Source: Eledone cirrhosa
Taxonomy: Eukaryota
Assembly: GCA_964016885.1 (NCBI GenBank)
Contig: OZ024740.1
Coordinates: 442,680,001 to 442,744,000 of the forward strand
Direction: 5' to 3'
Length of the DNA stretch: 64,000 nt
This document shows positions 15,001-27,914 of the stretch, in pieces (positions within the stretch are counted from its first letter, which is position 1; every line of letters begins with the position of its first letter). The notes beneath the pieces were generated by a model. The model was given only the letters and a program-made list of their open reading frames with translations. It was not told where the DNA came from and did not search any database. A program made the translations under genes and the position numbers.

Positions 15001-18000
15001 GTACATGAGTGTAGAGACAGTTACCTTACATGTGAAGTACATGACTGTAGAGAGAGTTACCTTACATGTGAAGTACATAACTGTAGAGACAGTTACCTTA
15101 CATGTGAAGTACATGACTGTAGAGACAGTTAGCTTACGTGTGAAGTACATGACTGTAGAGACAGTTAGCTTACGTGTGAAGTACATGAGTGTAGAGACAG
15201 TTAGTTTATATGTGAAGTACATGAGTGTAGAGACAGTTAGTTTATATGTGAAGTACATGACTGTAGAGACAGGTACCTAACATTGGAATTACATGAGTGT
15301 AGAGAGAGTTACCTTACATGTGAAGTACATGACTGTAGAGACAGTTACCTTACATGTGAAGTACATGACTGTAGAGACAGTTACCTTACATGTGAAGTAC
15401 ATGACGGTAGAGACAGTTACCTTACATGTGAAGTACATGACTGTAGAGACAGTTAGCTTACATGTGAAGTACATAACTGTAGAGACAGTTACCTTACATG
15501 TGAAGTACATGACTGTAGAGACAGTTAGCTTACGTGTGAAGTACATGACTGTAGAGACAGTTAGCTTACGTGTGAAGTACATGACTGTAGAGACAGTTAC
15601 CTTACATGTGAAGTACATGATTGTAGAGACAGTTAGCTTACGTGCGAAGTACATGACTGTAGAGACAGTTACATTACATGTGAAGTACATGAGTGTAGAG
15701 ACAGTTACCTTACATGTGAAGTACGTGACTGTAGAGACAGTTACCTTACATGTGAAGTACACGACTGTAGAGACAGTTACCTTACATGTGAAGTACATGA
15801 TTGTAGAGACAGTTACCTTACATGTGAAGTACACGACTGTAGAGACAGTTTCCTTACATGTGTAGTACACGACTGTAGAGACAGTTACCTTACATGCGAA
15901 GTACATGAGTGTAGAGACAGTTACCTTACATGCGAAGTACATGTCTGTAGAGAGAGTTACTTTACATTTGAAGTACATGACTGTAGAGACAGGTACCTTA
16001 CATGTGAAGTACATGACTGTAGAGACAGGTACATTACATGTGAAGTACATGACTGTAGAGACAGTTACCTTACATGTGAAGTACATGACTGTAGAGAGAG
16101 TTACCTTACATGTGAAGTACATGAGTGTAGAGACAGTTACCTTACATGTGAAGTACATGACTGTAGAGAGTGTTACCTTACATGTGAAGTACATGACTGT
16201 AGAGACAGTTACCTTACATGTGAAGTACATGACTGTAGAGACAGTTACCTTACATGTGAAGTACATGACTGTAGAGAGAGTTACCTTACATGTGAAGTAC
16301 ATGACTGTAGAGACATTTACCTTACATGTGAAGTGCATGAGTGTAGAGACAGTTACCTTACATGTAAAGTATATGACTGTAGAGACAGTTACCTTACATG
16401 TGAAGTACATGATTGAAGAGACAGTTACATTACATGTGAAGTACATGATTGAAGAGACAGTTACCTTACATGTGAAGTACATGACTGTAGAGATAGTTAC
16501 CTTACATGTGAAGTGCATGAGTGTAGAGACAGTTAACTTACATGTGAAGTGCATGACTGTAGACAGAGTTACTTTACATGTAAAGTACAAGACTGTAGAG
16601 ACAGTTACCTTACATGTGAAGTACATGAGTGTAGAGACAGTTAACTTACATGTGAAGTGCATGACTGTAGACAGAGTTACTTTACATGTGAAGTACAAGA
16701 CTGTAGAGACAGTTACCTTATATGTGAAGTACATGATTGTAGACACAGTTATCTTACATCTGAAGTACATGACAGTAGAGAGAGTTAGATTTTATGTGAA
16801 GTACATGAATGTAGAGACTGTTACCTTACATATGAAGTACATGACTGTAGAGAGTGTTACCTTAATGTGAAGTACATGACTGTAGAGACAGTTACCTTAC
16901 ATGTGAAGTACATGACTGTAGAGACAGTTAGCTTACATGTGAAGTACATGACTGTAGAGACAGTTACCTTACATGTGAAGTACATGAGTGTATAGACCGT
17001 TACCTTATATGTGAAGTACATGACTGTAGAGACAGTTACCTTACATGTGAAGTACATGACTGTAGAGATAGTTACCTTACATGTGAAGTACATGACTGTA
17101 GAGACAGTTAGCTTTCATGTGAAGTACATGACTGTAGAGATAGTTACCTTACATGTGAAGTACATGACTGTAGAGATAGTTACCTTACATGTCACGTACA
17201 TGACTGTAGAGATAGTTACCTTACATGTGAAGTACATGAGTGTAGTAGACATTTACCTTGCATGTGAAGTACATGACGGTAGAGACAGTTACCTTACATG
17301 TGAAGTACATGACTGTAGAGACAGTTACCTTACATATGAAGTACATGAGTGTAGTAGACATTTACCTTGCATGTGAAGTACATGACGGTAGAGACAGTTA
17401 ACTTACATGTGAAGTACATGACTGTAGAGACAGTTACCTTACATGTGAAGTACATAACTGTAGAGACAGTTACCTTACATGTGAAGTACATGACTGTAGA
17501 GACAGTTACCTTACATGTGAAGTACATAACTGTAGAGACAGTTACCTTACATGTGAAGTACATGAGTGTAGAGACAGTTACCTTACATGTGAAGTACATG
17601 ACTGTAGAGACAGTTACCTTACATGTGAAGTACATGACTGTAGAGACAGTTACCTTACATGTGATGTACATGACTGTAGAGACAGTTACCTTACATGTGA
17701 AGTACATGACTGTAGAGACAGTTACCTTACATGTGAAGTACATAACTGTAGAGACAGTTACCTTACATGTGAAGTACATGAGTGTAGAGACAGTTACCTT
17801 ACATGTGAAGTACATGACTGTAGAGAGAGTTACCTTACATGTGAAGTACATAACTGTAGAGACAGTTACCTTACATGTGAAGTACATGACTGTAGAGACA
17901 GTTACCTTACATGTGAAGTACATGACTGCAGAGAGAGTTACCTTACATGTGAAGTACATAACTGTAGAGACAGTTACCTTACATGTGAAGTACATGACTG

Positions 18001-21000
18001 TAGAGACAGTTACCTTACATGTGAAGTACATGACTGCAGAGAGAGTTACCTTACATGTGAAGTACATGACTGTAGAGACAGTTACCTTACATGTGAAGTA
18101 CATGAGTGTAGAGAGAGTTACCTTACATGTGATATACATGACTGTAGAGACTGTTACATTACATGTGAAGTACATTACTGTAGAGACAGTTAGTTTATAT
18201 GTGAAGTACATGAATGTAGAGAGAGTTACCTTACATGTGGAGTACATGACTGTAGAGAAAGTTAACTTATATGTGAAGTACATGAGTGTAGAGACAGTTA
18301 GTTTATATGTGAAGTACATGAGTGTAGAGACAGTTAGTTTATATGTGAAGTACATGACTGTAGAGACAGGTACCTAACATTGGAATTACATGAGTGTAGA
18401 GACAGTTAGCTTACGTGTGAAGTACATGACTGTAGAGACAGTTACCTTACATGTGAAGTACATGACTGTAGAGACAGTTAGCTTACGTGTGAAGTACATG
18501 ACTGTAGAGACAGTTACCTTACATGTGAAGTACATGAGTGTAGAGACAGTTACCTTACATGTGAAGTACATGATTGTAGAGACAGTTACCTTACATGTGA
18601 AGTACACGACTGTAGAGACAGTTACCTTACATGTGAAGTACATGATTGTAGAGACAGTTACCTTACATGTGAAGTACACGACTGTAGAGACAGTTTCCTT
18701 ACATGTGTAGTACACGACTGTAGAGACTGTTACCTTACATGCGAAGTACATGAGTGTAGAGACAGTTACCTTACATGCGAAGTACATGACTGTAGAGAGA
18801 GTTACTTTACATTTGAAGTACATGACTGTAGAGACAGGTACCTTACATGTGAAGTACATGACTGTAGAGACAGGTACATTACATGTGAAGTACATGATTG
18901 TAGAGACAGTTACCTTATATGTGAAGTACATGAGTGTAGAGGCAGTTACCTTACATGTGAAGTACATGAGTGTAGAGAGTGTTACCTTACATGTGAAGTA
19001 CATGACTGTAGAGACAGTTACCTTACATGTGAAGTGCATGACTGTAGAGACAGTTACCTTACATGTGAAGTACATGACTGTAGAGAGAGTTACCTTACAT
19101 GTGAAGTACATGAATGTAGAGACAGTTACCTTACATGTGAAGTACATGACTGTAGAGACAGTTACCTTACATGTGAAGTACATGACTGTAGAGAGAGTTA
19201 CCTTACATGTGAAGTACATGACTGTAGAGACATTTACCTTACATGTGAAGTGCATGAGTGTAGAGACAGTTACCTTACATGTAAAGTATATGACTGTAGA
19301 GACAGTTACCTTACATGTGAAGTACATGATTGAAGAGACAGTTACATTACATGTGAAGTACATGATTGAAGAGACAGTTACCTTACATGTGAAGTACATG
19401 ATTGAAGAGAGAGGTACCTTACATGTGAAGTGCATGAGTGTACAAACAGTTACCTTACATGTGAAGTACATAACTGTAGAGACAGTTACCTTACATGTGA
19501 AGTACATGACTGTAGAGACAGTTACCTTACATGTGAAGTACATGACTGCAGAGAGAGTTACCTTACATGTGAAGTACATAACTGTAGAGACAGTTACCTT
19601 ACATGTGAAGTACATGACTGTAGAGACAGTTACCTTACATGTGAAGTACATGACTGTAGAGACAGTTACCTTACATGTGAAGTACATGAGTGTAGAGAGA
19701 GTTACCTTACATGTGATATACATGACTGTAGAGACTGTTACATTACATGTGAAGTACATTACTGTAGAGACAGTTAGTTTATATGTGAAGTACATGAATG
19801 TAGAGAGAGTTACCTTACATGTGGAGTACATGACTGTAGAGAAAGTTAACTTACATGTGAAGTACATGAGTGTAGAGACAGTTAGTTTATATGTGAAGTA
19901 CATGAGTGTAGAGACAGTTAGTTTATATGTGAAGTACATGACTGTAGAGACAGGTACCTAACATTGGAATTACATGAGTGTAGAGAGAGTTACCTTACAT
20001 GTGAAGTACATGACTGTAGAAACAGTTACCTTACATGTGAAGTACATGACTGTAGAGACAGTTACCTTACATGTGAAGTACATGACGGTAGAGACAGTTA
20101 CCTTACATGTGAAGTACATGACTGTAGAGACAGTTAGCTTACATGTGAAGTACATAACTGTAGAGACAGTTACCTTACATGTGAAGTACATGACTGTAGA
20201 GACAGTTAGCTTACGTGTGAAGTACATGACTGTAGAGACAGTTAGCTTACGTGTGAAGTACATGACTGTAGAGACAGTTACCTTACATGTGAAGTACTTG
20301 ACTGTAGAGACAGTTAGCTTACGTGTGAAGTACATGACTGTAGAGACAGTTACCTTACATGTGAAGTACATGAGTGTAGAGACAGTTACCTTACATGTGA
20401 AGTACATGACTGTAGAGACAGTTACCTTACATGTGAAGTACACGACTGTAGAGACAGTTACCTTACATGTGAAGTACATGATTGTAGAGACAGTTACCTT
20501 ACATGTGAAGTACACGACTGTAGAGACAGTTTCCTTACATGTGTAGTACACGACTGTAGAGACAGTTACCTTACATGCGAAGTACATGAGTGTAGAGACA
20601 GTTACCTTACATGCGAAGTACATGACTGTAGAGAGAGTTACTTTACATTTGAAGTACATGACTGTAGAGACAGGTACCTTACATGTGAAGTACATGACTG
20701 TAGAGACAGGTACATTACATGTGAAGTACATGAGTGTAGAGACAGTTACCTTATATGTGAAGTACATGAGTGTAGAGGCAGTTACCTTACATGTGAAGTA
20801 CATGAGTGTAGAGACAGTTACCTTACATGTGAAGTACATGACTGTAGAGAGTGTTACCTTACATGTGAAGTACATGACTGTAGAGACAGTTACCTTACAT
20901 GTGAAGTGCATGACTGTAGAGACAGTTACCTTACATGTGAAGTACATGACTGTAGAGAGAGTTACCTTACATGTGAAGTACATGAGTGTAGAGACAGTTA

Positions 21001-24000
21001 CCTTACATGTGAAGTACATGACTGTAGAGACAGTTACCTTACATGTGAAGTACATGACTGTAGAGAGAGTTACCTTACATGTGAAGTACATGACTGTAGA
21101 GACATTTACCTTACATGTGAAGTGCATGAGTGTAGAGACAGTTACCTTACATGTAAAGTATATGACTGTAGAGACAGTTACCTTACATGTGAAGTACATG
21201 ATTGAAGAGACAGTTACATTACATGTGAAGTACATGATTGAAGAGACAGTTACCTTACATGTGAAGTACATGATTGAAGAGACAGGTACCTTACATGTGA
21301 AGTGCATGAGTGTACAAACAGTTACCTTACATGTGAAGTACATGATTGTAGACACAGTTATCTTACATCTGAAGTACATGACAGTAGAGAGAGTTAGATT
21401 TTATGTGAAGTACATGAATGTAGAGACTGTTACCTTACATGTGGAGTACATGACTGTAGAGAAAGTTAACTTACATTGGAAGTACATGACTGTAGAGACA
21501 GTTACCTTACATGTGAAGTACATGACTGTAGAGACAGTTACCTTACATGTGAAGTACATGACTGTAGAGACAGTTACCTTACATGTGAAGTACATGACTG
21601 TAGAGACAGTTACATTACATGTGAAGTACATAACTGTAGAGACAGTTACCTTACATGTGAAGTACATGACTGTAGAGACAGTTACCTTACATGTGAAGTA
21701 CATGACTGTAGAGACAGTTACATTACATGTGAAGTACATAACTGTAGAGACAGTTACCTTACATGTGAAGTACATGACTGTAGAGACAGTTACGTTACAT
21801 GTGAAGTACATGACTGTAGAGACAGTTACCTTACATGTGAAGTACATGACTGTAGAGACAGTTACCTTACATGTGAAGTACATGACTGTAGAGAGTGTTA
21901 CCTTACATGTGAAGTACATGCCTGTAGATACAGGTACCTTACATGTGAAGTACATGAGTGTAGAGACAGGTACCTTACTTGTGAAGTACATGACTGTAGA
22001 GACAGTTACCTTACATGTGAAGTACATGACTGTAGAGAGAGTTACCTTACATGTGAAGTACATGAGTGTAGAGACAGGTACCTTACATGTGAAGTACATT
22101 ACTGTAGAGACAGTTATCTTACATGTGAAGTACATGACTGTAGAGAGTGTTACCTTACATGTGAAGTACATGCCTGTAGATACAGGTACCTTACATGTGA
22201 AGTACATTACTGTAGAGACAGTTATCTTACATGTGAAGTACATGACTGTAGAGACAGTTACCTTACATGTGAAGTACATGAGTGTAGAGACAGTTATCTT
22301 ACATGTGAAGTACATGACTGTAGAGACAGTTACCTTACATGTGAAGTACACGACTGTAGAGACAGTTACCTTACATGTGAAGTACATGATTGTAGAGACA
22401 GTTACCTTACATGTGAAGTACACGACTGTAGAGACAGTTTCCTTACATGTGTAGTACACGACTGTAGAGACAGTTACCTTACATGCGAAGTACATGAGTG
22501 TAGAGACAGTTACCTTACATGCGAAGTACATGACTGTAGAGAGAGTTACTTTACATTTGAAGTACATGACTGTAGAGACAGGTACCTTACATGTGAAGTA
22601 CATGACTGTAGAGACAGGTACATTACATGTGAAGTACATGAGTGTAGAGACAGTTACCTTATATGTGAAGTACATGAGTGTAGAGGCAGTTACCTTACAT
22701 GTGAAGTACATGAGTGTAGAGACAGTTACCTTACATGTGAAGTACATGACTGTAGAGAGTGTTACCTTACATGTGAAGTACATGACTGTAGAGACAGTTA
22801 CCTTACATGTGAAGTGCATGACTGTAGAGACAGTTACCTTACATGTGAAGTACATGACTGTAGAGAGAGTTACCTTACATGTGAAGTACATGAGTGTAGA
22901 GACAGTTACCTTACATGTGAAGTACATGACTGTAGAGACAGTTACCTTACATGTGAAGTACATGACTGTAGAGAGAGTTACCTTACATGTGAAGTACATG
23001 ACTGTAGAGACATTTACCTTACATGTGAAGTATATGACTGTAGAGACAGTTACCTTACATGTGAAGTACATGATTGAAGAGACAGTTACATTACATGTGA
23101 AGTACATGATTGAAGAGACAGTTACCTTACATGTGAAGTACATGATTGAAGAGACAGGTACCTTACATGTGAAGTGCATGAGTGTACAAACAGTTACCTT
23201 ACATGTGAGGTACATGATTGTAGACACAGTTATCTTACATCTGAAGTACATGACAGTAGAGAGAGTTAGATTTTATGTGAAGTACATGAATGTAGAGACT
23301 GTTACCTTACATGTGGAGTACATGACTGTAGAGAAAGTTAACTTACATTGGAAGTACATGACTGTAGAGACAGTTACCTTACATGTGAAGTACATGACTG
23401 TAGAGACAGTTACCTTACATGTGAAGTACATGACTGTAGAGACAGTTACCTTACATGTGAAGTACATGACTGTAGAGACAGTTACATTACATGTGAAGTA
23501 CATAACTGTAGAGACAGTTACCTTACATGTGAAGTACATGACTGTAGAGACAGTTACCTTACATGTGAAGTACATGACTGTAGAGACAGTTACATTACAT
23601 GTGAAGTACATAACTGTAGAGACAGTTACCTTACATGTGAAGTACATGACTGTAGAGACAGTTACGTTACATGTGAAGTACATGACTGTAGAGACAGTTA
23701 CCTTACATGTGATGTACATGACTGTAGAGACAGTTACCTTACATGTGAAGTACATGACTGTAGAGAGTGTTACCTTACATGTGAAGTACATGCCTGTAGA
23801 TACAGGTACCTTACATGTGAAGTACATGAGTGTAGAGACAGGTACCTTACATGTGAAGTACATGACTGTAGAGACAGTTACCTTACATGTGAAGTACATG
23901 ACTGTAGAGAGAGTTACCTTACATGTGAAGTACATGAGTGTAGAGACAGGTACCTTACATGTGAAGTACATTACTGTAGAGACAGTTATCTTACATGTGA

Positions 24001-25320
24001 AGTACATGACTGTAGAGACAGTTACCTTACATGTGAAGTACATGACTGTAGAGAGTGTTACCTTACATGTGAAGTACATGCCTGTAGATACAGGTACCTT
24101 ACATGTGAAGTACATTACTGTAGAGACAGTTATCTTACATGTGAAGTACATGACTGTAGAGACAGTTACCTTACATGTGAAGTACATGATTGTAGAGACA
24201 GTTACCTTACATGTGAAGTACATGACTGTAGAGATAGTTACCTTACATGTGAAGTGCATGAGTGTAGATACATTTACCTTACATGTGAAGTACATTACTG
24301 TAGAGACAGTTATCTTACATGTGAAGTACATGACTGTAGAGACAGTTACCTTACATATGAAGTACATGAGTGTAGAGACAGTTACCCTACATGTGAAGTA
24401 CATGACTGTAGAGACAGTTACCTTACATGTGAAGTACATGACTGTAGAGACAGTTACCTTACATGTGAAGTGCATGAGTGTAGAGACAGTTACCTTACAT
24501 GTGAAGTACATGACTGTAGAGAGAGTTACCTTACATGTGAAGTACATGAGTGTAGAGACAGGTACCTTACATGTGAAGTACATGACTGTAGAAACAGTTA
24601 CCTTACAAGTGAAGTACATGACTGTAGAGACAGTTACTTTACATGTGAAGTACATGACTGTAGAGACAGTTACCTTACATGTGAAGTACATGAGTGTAGA
24701 AACAGATACCTTACATGTGAAGTACATGACTGTAGAGACAGTTACCTTACATGTGAAGTACATGACTGTAGAGAGAGTTACCTTACATGTGAAGTACATG
24801 AGTGTAGAGACAGGTACCTTACATGTGGAGTACATGAGTGTAGAGACAGGTACCTTACATGTGGAGTACATGACTGTAGAGACAGTTACCTTACATGTGA
24901 AGTACATGACTGTAGAAAGTGTTACCTTTCATGTGGAGCACATGAGTGTAGAGACAGTTACCTTACATGTGAAGTACATGACTGTAGAGAGAGTTACCTT
25001 ACATGTGAAGTACATGAGTGTAGAGACAGGTACCTTACATGTGGAGTACATGAGTGTAGAGACAGGTTCCTTACATGTGGAGCACATGAGTGTAGAGACA
25101 GTTACCTTACATGTGAAGTACATAACTGTAGAGACAGTTACGTTACATGTGAAGTACATCACTGTAGAGACAGTTACGTTACATGTGAAGTACATGACTG
25201 TAGAGACAGTTACCTTACATGTGGAGCACATGAGTGTAGAGACAGTTACCTTACATGTGAAGTACATTAGTGTAGAGACAGTTACCTTATATGTGAAGTA
25301 CATGACTGTAGAGACAGTTA
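1..25320. repeat. 36-bp tandem satellite, consensus CATGTGAAGTACATGACTGTAGAGACAGTTACCTTA, ~700 copies, with higher-order structure
   Basis: Seen directly: head-to-tail 36-nt period (12-aa period in the ORF track). It begins before the window and ends abruptly at ...GAGACAGTTA|GGTAGAAATA (25320). Confidence 0.98.
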
Positions 25321-25515
25321 GGTAGAAATACTGTATAAGATGCTACAATTGACGAGATGGGTAACGAAAGATCGTTTATAAAGTTGCCATTCAGCTGACA
25401 CTGGGGATTACGAAAAAGAACACAGATCTTTGGAAGTTCCCTGATCAAGGAATTGGTGACATTACTGAGAAATTATTTAAGTGATATCTAAAATACACAA
25501 TCTTTGGGAACCCCC

Positions 25516-25621
25516 GTCCCGGGGTGAGCTTCAGCTTTTATCCTTACGGGGTCGATAAAATAAAGTACCTGTAATACACTGGAATAATTGCTGGCCCTCT
25601 GCCAAAAATAGAAACAGTTAT
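25516..25621 (+). mobile_element. SINE, 5'-truncated (3' half), short-tail variant
   Basis: CTTTTATCCTTACGGGGTCGATAAAATAAAGTACC...AATTGCTGGCCCTCTGCCAAAAATAGAAACAGTTAT aligns by eye with the 3' half of the copy at 25635-25849 and with the reverse complement of 29766-29880. Confidence 0.8.
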
Positions 25622-25634
25622 GAGGTATAGGAAC

Positions 25635-25849
25635 GGCGGTGGATTAGCAGTAATCTATAGAACGTTGGGTAACATGCTTTGCGGCATATAGTTACTACCC
25701 TTTACATTTTGAGTTGAAATCCCGCCGGGTTTAGCTTTGCCTTTCATCCCTACGGAGTCAATAAAATAAAGTACCAGTAACGCACAAGTGTCGATTTAAT
25801 TGACTTTCCCCTCCCAAAATTGTTGACCTTGTGCTTAAATCAGAAACCA
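25635..25849 (+). mobile_element. Near full-length diverged tRNA-derived SINE (Octopus-type)
   Basis: GGCGGT start, a degenerate A-box-like TAGCAGTAATC and a B-box-like GAGTTGAAATCCCG (25711-25724), then CTTTGCCTTTCATCC...ATAAAATAAAGTACCAGT...GACCTTGTGC..AGAAACCA. Homologous pieces occur three more times in the island. The octopus assignment is from recollection of the consensus and was not searched. Confidence 0.8.
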
Positions 25850-26410
25850 GGTGCAGGTATTTCTCAACAGAATTGTTTTCGTCCATTACAGAGTCTCCGA
25901 AGCAATTCGTCTCAGCTTTCCCTCATATGATTCTCAGATATTACTAAATTGGTATTGGATTTATATTCGCTGATGTTAGAAATGAAAGATCAATGTCTAT
26001 GGCCATTTCAGACCTTCCCAGATTGGACAGTTAAATTTGATTGGTATTTCAACTGGAACCGCTGAAAGTTTAGAAGGATGTAGACTAGGAGCAATGTATA
26101 TAACAAGGCAGTTCAGAGGGAGATCTAGCAATATGTTTACTACGGGAATTGGAAGACACAATAGGAGTGAAGAGGTGATGAAAGATGGGGGTTGTCGGAT
26201 GTGCCTGAAAGGAGGAGAGGGTGCCATTAGCTAAGGTCTTCAAAGTCACAAGACCCCCGGTGCGTGTGATGTAAGGGAGCAACTCTCCGTTACGGCTAGT
26301 TTATGGTAACGAATGTTGTAATAACGAGAATACTTTAAGTCACCAAATTCTACCCAAACATCGCTACTCCAATTATACTGACCCGTACTCTATGTGGAAG
26401 TGTTATTCGA

Positions 26411-27914
26411 TGTATATGGCGCCCCATGTACTGCGATATCAATATGTGAACCAGTGTATATCACGACCCATGTACTGCGATATCAATATGTGAACCAGTG
26501 TATATCACGGCCCATAAACTGCGATATCAATATGTGAACCAGTGTATATCGCGGCCCCTAAACTGCGATATCAATATGTGAACCAGTGTATATCACGGCC
26601 CATGTACTGCGATATCAATATGTGAACCAGTGTATATCACGACCCATGTACTGCGATATCAATATGTGAACCAGTGTATATCACGGCCCATAAACTGCGA
26701 TATCAATATGTGAACCAGTGTATATCACGACCCATGTACTGCGATATCAATATGTGAACCAGTGTATATCACGGCCCATAAACTGCGATATCAATATGTG
26801 AACCAGTGTATATCGCGGCCCCTAAACTGCGATATCAATATGTGAACCAGTGTATATCGCGGCCCATGTACTGCGATATCAATATGTGAACCAGTGTATA
26901 TCACGACCCATGTACTGCGATATCAATATGTGAACCAGTGTATATCGCGGCCCCTAAACTGCGATATCAATATGTGAACCAGTGTATATCACGACCCATG
27001 TACTGCGATATCAATATGTGAACCAGTGTATATCGCGGCCCCTAAACTGCGATATCAATATGTGAACCAGTGTATATCACGACCCATGTACTGCGATATC
27101 AATATGTGAACCAGTGTATATCGCGGCCCCTAAACTGCGATATCAATATGTGAACCAGTGTATATCACGACCCATGTACTGCGATATCAATATGTGAACC
27201 AGTGTATATCACGACCCCTAAACTGCGATATCAATATGTGAACCAGTGTATATCGCGGCCCCTAAACTGCGATATCAATATGTGAACCAGTGTATATCAC
27301 GGCCCATGTACTGCGATATCAATATGTGAACCAGTATATATCACGGCCCATAAACTGCGATATCAATATGTGAACCAGTGTATATCGCGGCCCCTAAACT
27401 GCGATATCAATATGTGAACCAGTGTATATCGCGGCCCCTAAACTGCGATATCAATATGTGAACCAGTGTATATCACGACCCATGTACTGCGATATCAATA
27501 TGTGAACCAATGTATATCACGGCCCATGTACTGCGATATCAATATGTGAACCAATGTATATGGCGGCCCATGTACTGCGATATCAATATGTGAACCAGTG
27601 TATATCACGGCCCATGTACTGCGATATCAATATGTGAACCAGTATATATCACGACCCATAAACTGCGATATCAATATGTGAACCAGTGTATATCACGACC
27701 CATGTACTGCGATATCAATATGTGAACCAGTGTATATCACGACCCATAAACTGCGATATCAATATGTGAACCAGTGTATATCGCGGCCCCTAAACTGCGA
27801 TATCAATATGTGAACCAGTATATATCACGGCCCCTAAAGTGCGATATCAATATGTGAACCAGTATATATCACGGCCCATAAACTGCGATATCAATATGTG
27901 AACCAGTGTATATC
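26411..27914. repeat. 44-bp minisatellite, ~34 copies: ACTGCGATATCAATATGTGAACCAGTGTATATC + RCGRCCCMT(GT/AA)
   Basis: Seen directly: TGTACTGCG recurs at 26427 and 26471 (period 44). Each unit has a near-invariant 33-nt core and an 11-nt segment with a few alternating alleles. Confidence 0.97.

Noticed and set aside
21476-25270. Cys/His-rich frame (CEVHDCRDSYLT)n resembling a zinc-finger or metal-binding repeat
   Set aside because: It has C-x4-C only, without the C2H2 spacing, H-x3-H or TGEKP linker. The frame is repeatedly interrupted elsewhere in the array.
16-25325. Long ORFs on both strands (VETVTLHVKYMT, STVMYFTCKVTV and CRDSYLTCEVHD repeats, up to 961 aa)
   Set aside because: They are by-products of a 36-nt unit that is stop-free in several frames. 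Stops and frameshifting monomers were amplified with the array, variants show no evident synonymous bias, and there are no unique termini.
25635-25730. tRNA gene suggested by A/B-box-like motifs
   Set aside because: No cloverleaf can be formed, and the boxes continue into a SINE body that is repeated locally.
25997-26282. Three short overlapping ORFs, one with CRMC (LINE zinc-knuckle-like) and one with LP...GGL (RT thumb-like)
   Set aside because: The motifs are too short and incomplete to assign. This may be further decayed TE sequence and needs BLASTX.
26411-27914. CRISPR-like repeat/spacer appearance
   Set aside because: The variable parts are only 11 nt and are alleles of one sequence rather than unique spacers. 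There are no cas genes and the context is eukaryotic.
26411-27914. Common origin of the 44-bp and 36-bp units (shared ATGTGAA and AGTGTA)
   Set aside because: Only 6-7-nt words are shared and I could not make a colinear alignment.
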